A stretch of DNA of 63,916 nt, counting the filler, from Folioceros fuciformis (lineage: Eukaryota): NCBI GenBank assembly GCA_049999805.1. It is 15 parts of 15 records of this genome, joined end to end, with 100 filler letters (N's around TTAATTAATTAA, not from the genome) between each part and the next. Parts side by side here need not be neighbours in the genome. Positions count along the whole stretch, not along the records: positions 57,002 to 58,047 come from JBNGIO010003209.1; positions 58,148 to 59,821 come from JBNGIO010003210.1; positions 59,922 to 60,985 come from JBNGIO010003211.1; positions 61,086 to 63,916 come from JBNGIO010003212.1; 11 more parts are not named here. One strand, given 5' to 3'. The notes under the pieces are model-generated. The model worked only from the letters and a program-made list of their open reading frames with translations. It searched no databases and had not been told where the DNA came from. Shown piece by piece: positions 57,002 through 63,916 of the stretch (positions are counted from its first letter, which is position 1; each line of letters opens with the position of its first letter). A program made the position numbers and the translations under genes.

Positions 57002-58047
57002 CCCCACAGCAGTGGAGGTAGGCCAAATGGGGGTAGGGCGCTCAATGGCCTGTGGCAGGTTGCCGGGGTAGTTTATGACAAGCCGGTGGCCAGTTGGTGG
57101 TCTAGCGGGCTGCTAAGGAGCCTAGCCCGTAGCCCAGCGTCTTAGACAGCCACCAACATCAGCTGCGCCAGGCAGCCAGGCTGGGTAGGCTGGCTGGCTG
57201 GCCGGATCTAGAAGCCGGCAGGTGGCAGCCGAATCCAGGCTAGGTAGGCGGCCGTCTGGTGTCGGGGCGGCCGGGCTGGTCGGCAAGGCAGGGTGTAGGT
57301 GGGCGCTGCCAGAGTGAGGCCACTGCATGGCGGCTGGCGATTGGCTAGGTGGGGAGGGCGTACTGGCTGGCAAACGAAGCCAGACGGTTGGTTGGGATCG
57401 GATCCCGAAGCCAGGCAGCGGCCTGGCTGGCTGTCCTAGCCAGGCAGTCGCCCGGCCTGTTGGCAGCCGGGGCGAATCCAGGTTGGTCGGGCTGGTAGGT
57501 GGATCTAGCTGGGCAGCCAGGCAGCCGCCTGGCCGGGGCGGATCCGGGTAGCCAGGCCGACTAGCTGGACCCTGGCCAGTCGGCGACCTGGTTGAATCGG
57601 GGCCCAAGCCACCAGTCTGTAAGGGGCGAGTTTGCCCGGGACGGCTGCGGCTGGTCGTGGAGGCAGCCGGGCAGGCCAGGCTCAGAGCCAGGATGGGCCG
57701 GATCTTGGCCGGTAGGGCGAGCCAAGGCATGGCAAGCCAGGGCAGGCCTGAAGTAGGCCATGTCGGCGCAGGCTGGGAGCTGGATTGAGGCCCGGCGGGA
57801 TCCAGCTGGTTGGCCGGGGTGGATCTGAGCCAGGCCGGAGCCATGAGGAGGCCGAGGGCCGGTTGGTTGGTTGGCTGGCTGCTGAGGAGCCTAGCCAGCA
57901 GCCCAGCCCGGCCCGGCTCAGCAGCAGGCAACCCAGCAAGCAGGCCGCCTGGCCAGGTCCAGGAGGGCAGGCCTGAAGTAGGCCATGTCGGCGCAGGCTA
58001 GGAGCTGGATTGAGGCCCGGCGGGATCCAGCTGGTTGGCCGGGGTGG
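57002..58047. repeat. GC-rich, G-skewed tract like 9300-11076, with an internal 84-bp duplication (57739 / 57964)
   Basis: Composition and shared motifs. Confidence 0.65.
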
Positions 58048-58147
58048 NNNNNNNNNNNNNNNNNNNNNNNNNNNNNNNNNNNNNNNNNNNNTTAATTAAT
58101 TAANNNNNNNNNNNNNNNNNNNNNNNNNNNNNNNNNNNNNNNNNNNN

Positions 58148-58282
58148 GTCTCGCCTCACCATTAATCTAGCTACTAATCTAACCTAATCTTTTAACCATT
58201 TCACCACAGGGTTCACTTAGAGATTCCCAAAAAGAGAAATCCTACCATTTTCCAAGGACCTATTCAGCATGTGGAGTCCACA
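58148..58282 (-). mobile_element. Terminus related to the 8994 element, in inverted orientation, abutting Copia J
   Basis: Minus strand TGTGGACTCCACATG..CCTTGGAAAATGG..TTAGATTAG versus TGTGGAGTCCATATG..CCTGGAAAACGG..TTAGATTAG. Confidence 0.55.
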
Positions 58283-59821
58283 CACATGTAACAGATCTTC
58301 ATGTACCTGATGTTCGACTAGACCCACAGAGTTGTTCAAAGGCTTTGTCAGGACCTGATGCTGAAGACTGGAGAGTCTCTATTGATGATGAGTACAGCTC
58401 TTTGATGAAGAACAACACATGGGAACTTGTAGATCTTCCCCCTAGACGTAAGCCAATTACCTGCAAATTACCTGCAAATGGGTTTTTCAAACCAAGCTTA
58501 AAGCTGATGGAACTATATCTAGATATAAGAGCAGACTTGTAGCCAGGGGATTCTCACAGATTCCAGGAGTAGATTTTGGAGATACATTCTCACTTGTGGT
58601 CAAGCCATATGTTCGAATCTTGCTTGCCCTAGCCACTGAGTTCAATCTGGAGCTTCATCAAATGGATGTTTGTACCGCCTTTATGCATGGAGAGCTTGAC
58701 GAGGCCCTGTTTATGGTTCAACCTAAAGGGTTTGTTAGTCAGAAGTGGCCTCATAAAGTTTGTAAACTGTTGAAGACAATTTATGGCCTAAAACAGAGTC
58801 CGAGAGCATGGTACAAACGTATCAGAAAGTTCCTGATTCAGTCTCATTTCCTACAATCCTCAGCAGACACAAATGTTTTTTACTTAGCTGGCTCAGGCTC
58901 GTTGGTGATTCCGGCTTTGTACGTTGATGATGCCATTCTCCTCAGTAATAGTGTGTCTCAGCTCAATACTATTAAGGCTCTTCAGGGCAGTGAATTTGAG
59001 AAGACGAATCAAGGCCCTCTACAGTTCTGCTTGGGCATACAGATTCTAAGAAACAGACAGAATGGTACCATAGTTCTTCATCAAACTAAATACCTAAAGG
59101 AGATCTTAAAGCATTTTTACCTTGATGAATCTCGGCCAATGTCTACTCCCTTTGTTGTTGGTGAAAAACTCACTGCAGATCAATCCCCAAAGTCTGCAGA
59201 GGAGGAAATGGACATGGTCTCTGTCCCTTATGCAGAGGTAGTTGGGTGCCTGATCTTCTTGGCTAACTGGACTAGGCCTAACATTAGCTTCTCAGTTAGT
59301 GTAGTAGCCCAGTTCTTGAAGACTCTTGGTAGAGCTCACTGGTCTACAGTAAAGCGGATCTATCGCTACCTTAAAGGCACCATCAACCTTGGCTTGCATT
59401 ATACAGCTAGTGGTAAAAAGGAGTGTGTTCTTACAGTTTTGGCGGACGCCGATTGGGCTTCGGATTCAGACTCCAGGAAAAGTCTCTCTGCTTATGTCTA
59501 CTTCATATCCTCTAGCACTGTCAACCGGTCCTGCAAAAAGCAATCCTCCCTTGCCCTTTCATCTACTTAAGCTGAGTTCAAGGCTTTGACAGACGCATGT
59601 AAGGAGATTGAGTGGGAAAGACAGTTCCTAGAATAGCCCAGTTCTTGAAGACTCTTGGTAGAGCTCACTGGTCTGCAGTAAAGCGGATCTATCGCTACCT
59701 TAAAGGCACCATCAACCTTGGCTTGCATTATACAGCTAGTGATAAAAAGGAGTGTGTTCTTACAGTTTTGGCGAACGCCGATTGGGCTTCGGATTCAGAC
59801 TCCAGGAAAAGTCTCTCTGCT
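58283..59821 (+). mobile_element. Degenerate Copia RT/RNase H (element J), with 59305-59492 duplicated at 59634-59821
   Basis: KNNTWELV, IYGLKQSPRAWY, LYVDD and ADADWA. Confidence 0.92.
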
Positions 59822-60819
59822 NNNNNNNNNNNNNNNNNNNNNNNNNNNNNNNNNNNNNNNNNNNNTTAATTAATTAANNNNNNNNNNNNNNNNNNNNNNN
59901 NNNNNNNNNNNNNNNNNNNNNACCTTCAGGAGCCCACATTCACGAGCTGCCCTGCCCCGCATACCTGTACGTTCCGTCTGCAGTACCCCACACATGGTGA
60001 CACAATCACACACCTCACTCTCCAACCACACTGCTATCTCAAGGGAAGACATGGAAACTCGAGGGAAGACATGGAAATTCTCGGCTTCTCCTTCCCGGAC
60101 TGACAGCCCACTGTGTCTCTACTCCCCAACTGGCATGATCTGAGGTAGCCAATCCGACTGCCTTCCATAGCTACTTATGCATACATGGGTATCCGGGACA
60201 CGATTCTTAGCATCACGATTTCTCACCCGCTTCACTTATTGCTCTCCGTGCTACACATCTCCCAAGCCGAAGCTTCCCTCACGCCCCACGGTATCCACAT
60301 CCGGCGCCCGGCATCCTTTTCAAAGTCAGTACACCGCGCGGCTCGCCTGCCACGCACTTGGCCTCCATTATTACTCACATTCTCATTACACTCACTCAAA
60401 ATCAATCTCAAAATCACATAACAACACATATTGCATTCATCGCAGCCGTATTCATCTTTTCATACATATATTTCCTTATCAATTACTAAATACAATAGCA
60501 AATTTAGATAAGATACAAGCTATTCCTATAAATATAGCTTAAAAATCATAAAAATATATAATATATCAAATACAAAAATATTTAGTAGCAGAACAAAGAA
60601 GAGTTTGTGACATGAACTAAATACTTTGATTTGATCATTGTGGAGAATTCTATGGAATACCCATGCGGACAGGGATTCATGTTTTTTTTTGGAATACATA
60701 TTTTATACGCAAATATACTATGGCATCTGAGAAATATTCCTCTACTCAACTTCACCACATCATCCAACCGTACGTAGGTGTATAATTTTTTTTTTAAATA
60801 CCTATAATCTCTTTGTGGA

Positions 60820-60985
60820 CCGAAAGGGATACAATGTTTTTCTTCATTTCGCTTCATACAGAGTGTCTTTAAAGGCCGAAACGGACACAACGTTTTTCTT
60901 CATTTCGCTTCATACAGAGTGTCTTTAAAGGCCGGAAGGGACACAACGTTTTTCTTCATTTCGCTTCATACAGAGTGTCTTTAAA
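60820..60985. repeat. 56-bp tandem repeat x3 running into a gap
   Basis: TCTTCATTTCGCTTCATACAGAGTG at 60841, 60897 and 60953. Confidence 0.9.
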
Positions 60986-61085
60986 NNNNNNNNNNNNNNN
61001 NNNNNNNNNNNNNNNNNNNNNNNNNNNNNTTAATTAATTAANNNNNNNNNNNNNNNNNNNNNNNNNNNNNNNNNNNNNNNNNNNN

Positions 61086-61381
61086 GAAGTCGCAGATCTA
61101 AGAGGTTAGGGTCGTTGTAGTGACTGGAGTGAGTTTGTGGGCACCAAGAGAGGTGCAGCTGACCGCTGGACAGCGAGGCCTGTCCTATGCCTGATCGGAG
61201 CTGGAGGGGAGCCCTCGAATCCATCATCGAGTCGATCAAGTCCGACCCTCCATCCATAGCAGCAAGGAACCCCATCTCTCCTTCGTGGGAACGAAACCCA
61301 ATGTCTCAACGACAGTGGGATAAGTGTGGCCATTAAAGGTGGAACCTGTCGGCAATCAGTGCCCGGGGTTTTGCCTCCACA
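61086..61381 (+). mobile_element. Family L1 LTR 3' end
   Basis: Near-identical to 458-751. Confidence 0.65.
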
Positions 61382-62959
61382 GGAACTCCGGCGGGTAGTG
61401 GAATCGAGCGGCCAAGCAACGGGAAACCCTAAGTAGGGACCAAGAGAGTCAGCATGTAATTCCATAGAGGAGCGCAACCGCAGTGGAGTCGGGGAGCAAA
61501 AGTGGCGGACGGGACGCGGGTTGAAGGCAAGCAACCGGAGCAAAGGGGTGGCCGAGCACGGCGGCTCCTGAGTAGGGTAGGGACAGCGCAGGCGGCGATC
61601 AACCTAGGGAAGGCGTGGCGCCAGTGAAACGACAGAGGAAGGCTGATGGAGGAAACGGCTGCAGAGCTGGTGCCGACGGATGCGACCAAGAACATGGAGC
61701 AGGTTCCTATGCCCTTGATGGAGGTCGCTTTCTGGCTGAACATGGACCACTGGAGGGCCAGAGCCGAAGAGCAGTTAGAGGAGCTAGGCCTCCGGTTCAT
61801 GGCCCAACGATGGAACCATGTGGCACCCGCCTTGGTGCAGGAGTGTGCACACCGACTAAGGAATTAGACAAAGGGGGAAGCCCGAGGATTGGAACGCTAG
61901 GCTGGTCCAGACAGTGTATGGGCGCAGCTAGGAGAAAGCTGGGGAGCTGGTGATCGAGTCCCTAAGAAAACACAGCACCATGGCAGCAGCAGCGGCACTG
62001 TTCAAGGCGAGGATAGGAAGAGAAGCCAACAGTTGGTTGGCACGAGAGATGGCGACCGCTAAATTCATGGGGGTTGGCCAGGTGGCTCTTGTGTTTCTTG
62101 CAAAACAGGAAACAAGATTACCTGTCCGACCACATGCTACTGTTCTTGCATGAGGTGGTCAAAGGGAGCAGGATTGACTAGGGGAAGATCATTTATGATC
62201 GACTGAACGAGGAGAGGCATAACCTAACCTCCCCCACTCCCCGTCCGTCACTGATCTCACCTTTCCTAGTGCATTTATATTGTCATGATAATAGTCTGCC
62301 AAAGATAGAGGTCGTTACCTCCTTGCACATGTGGAAGCCAGTCAAGGACGTCAAGTGGAAGCCGGGGGAGCCAAAGGAGGAAGCCAAATCCAGCAGCTGG
62401 GAGTCAGGGGCCATGGGGAGCTTAGAGGAAGAAACGACAGCCAATAGGAAGAGGAAAGTAGGGGCTAGGCGGAAGACCCCCGCCAAGAAAAGGAAGGTCA
62501 GTGGCCACGCCACCAAATTGCGGGAGATTCGGCGCTGCAGGAGGTCACCCAAAAGGTAGGTGACAAGCCGTTGAATGTACCTCAGAAAACAGTGCCAAGA
62601 GAGGGAGCAAGCTCAGCTGAGGTCACAGGTTAGTTAGGGCAATCTCAGGAGGAAGAACCCTTCTTGGGGTGGGAAGAGATTTTCAGGAACATCCCTTTGG
62701 TGGCTAAGCTATAGGAGGATCTGGCCAAAGTACGCATGTTGTTGGGAAGGTAGATTCCGGATAGGAGGATGACTACCGAAGGCGCATCCCAGCAAATGGA
62801 TTTACTAGGCCTAACTATGGCTATGGTTCGGGCATAGGCGGATATGCTAGACCAAGCTGCACAAGCGCTGACTTGGTTGAGCATGCAAGGGCAAAAGGAA
62901 GAGGAGACATAGGCTAAGCTGTCTAAGGTTGAAGCAAGCCACAACAACTGGAGGAGGTT
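61382..62959 (+). pseudogene. Decayed Gypsy-associated extra ORF (plant-mobile-domain-like, NLS-like basic tract)
   Basis: Fragments LEELGLRFMAQRW, ID*GKIIYDRL..SLISPFLVHLY and RKRKVGARRKTPAKKRKV, with stops and frameshifts. Confidence 0.45.
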
Positions 62960-63916
62960 TGTGGGATTAAAATATGGTACCCGGGGGTACTGCGAGGTCC
63001 ACACAAGCCCTCTATGTCGTTGTAGCTCTGGGATTCGATCCCAAGGGAATGATTTGTGTTAAACTACACAAGTTAGCTTTTAAAGTCAATTAACACCTAA
63101 AGCTCAACTGACCCACATACACACATTCCGTGCTCGGACCTTACCAAGCCCCTTACTTCTACCACCAGACATCCCCACAACCACCCGGTCGTCCCAGGGA
63201 CTACCTCCCTGAACTACTCTTGGTTGCCCACCGGGCTACCCTCCGTTCCCCAATGGACTACTACCGTCGTCCTTCGGGCTACCGCTCGTGGGTCCCACTC
63301 TCTCTCTCTCTTCCTCTATTCTCTCTCTCTCTAGAGTTTTCTCTCTCCGAGTCGTTCCTACCCAACTGTTTCCGCACATCCCCTTTTGCGCTTCCCTTCC
63401 TTGGCTCACCACAAAACCGCCTCACACACCTTAGGAACAAACGCGCACACACATGAACAGCAGCAATCTGCCGGACGCCTTCCACCCGCGTGATCTCACA
63501 CCTTAGATACACCCTCTGCGGTCTCAATTCAACTTCTTCACAGCCTCTCCAGTCTCATCGCGATCAGTCACACATACACACCACGTCTCGTTGCACACAT
63601 TACTCGCCTCGCCTCCAGGGTTTCCCTCGCTTTGCTCTCTCTTACTCCACTCACCAGTCTTCTGTATACATTCTGCCCGTCTCAGCAGTCGTCAATTCAC
63701 TTCCACTCCGCTTCACTTCCTGCTCCACTCCTTCTGGCGTCCTTTTTGCATTCGCTCTTACCCACTACTCGGTCACTCGCGCCATCACGACGCTGCTGTC
63801 TAGTCCCGCCCTACTGCCGATCTAGCCCCTAGCCCCCTGTGGGATTAAAATATGGTACCCAGGGGTACCGCGAGGTCCACACAAGCCCTCTATGTCGTTG
63901 TAGCTCTGGGATTCGA
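62960..63916 (-). mobile_element. Family L2 LTR (62960-63837) with a second copy starting at 63838
   Basis: TGTGGGATTAAAATATGGTACCC at 62960 and 63838. Homologous to 2398-2922. Confidence 0.7.

Noticed and set aside
59634-59821. 188-bp duplication in RT/RNase H
   Set aside because: At a contig edge. It may be a local duplication or an assembly artefact, with no functional signal.
63025-63048. tRNA T-arm or B-box-like GGGATTCGATCCC
   Set aside because: No cloverleaf or A-box. It is part of an LTR motif.

Overview
Transposon-dense land-plant nuclear sequence, probably from a seed-free plant such as a hornwort, lycophyte or fern. That assignment is inferred from short GT-AG introns and a homogeneous PLS-type PPR. 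The window is 15 contigs joined by 14 artificial 100-nt linkers (44 N + TTAATTAATTAA + 44 N), so adjacency across linkers is unverified. Host genes: an 8-exon FMP32/CCDC90 (DUF1640)-like gene, an intronless At2g40800-like (Tim21-annotated) gene and a partial PLS PPR. The rest is about ten Ty1/Copia copies, Athila/OTA-like Gypsy pieces and LTRs, a full-length CRE-clade RLE non-LTR element with a target-site duplication and telomere-like repeats, and many tandem arrays. The best candidate for an undescribed system is a Copia lineage that carries an extra sense ORF ahead of gag and an apparently spliced antisense gene between pol and the PPT. Also notable are a microhomology-fused pair of captured host fragments (LRR-RLK kinase + SPX) and recurrent RNase H deletions. 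All family calls come from motif recognition, not database searches.
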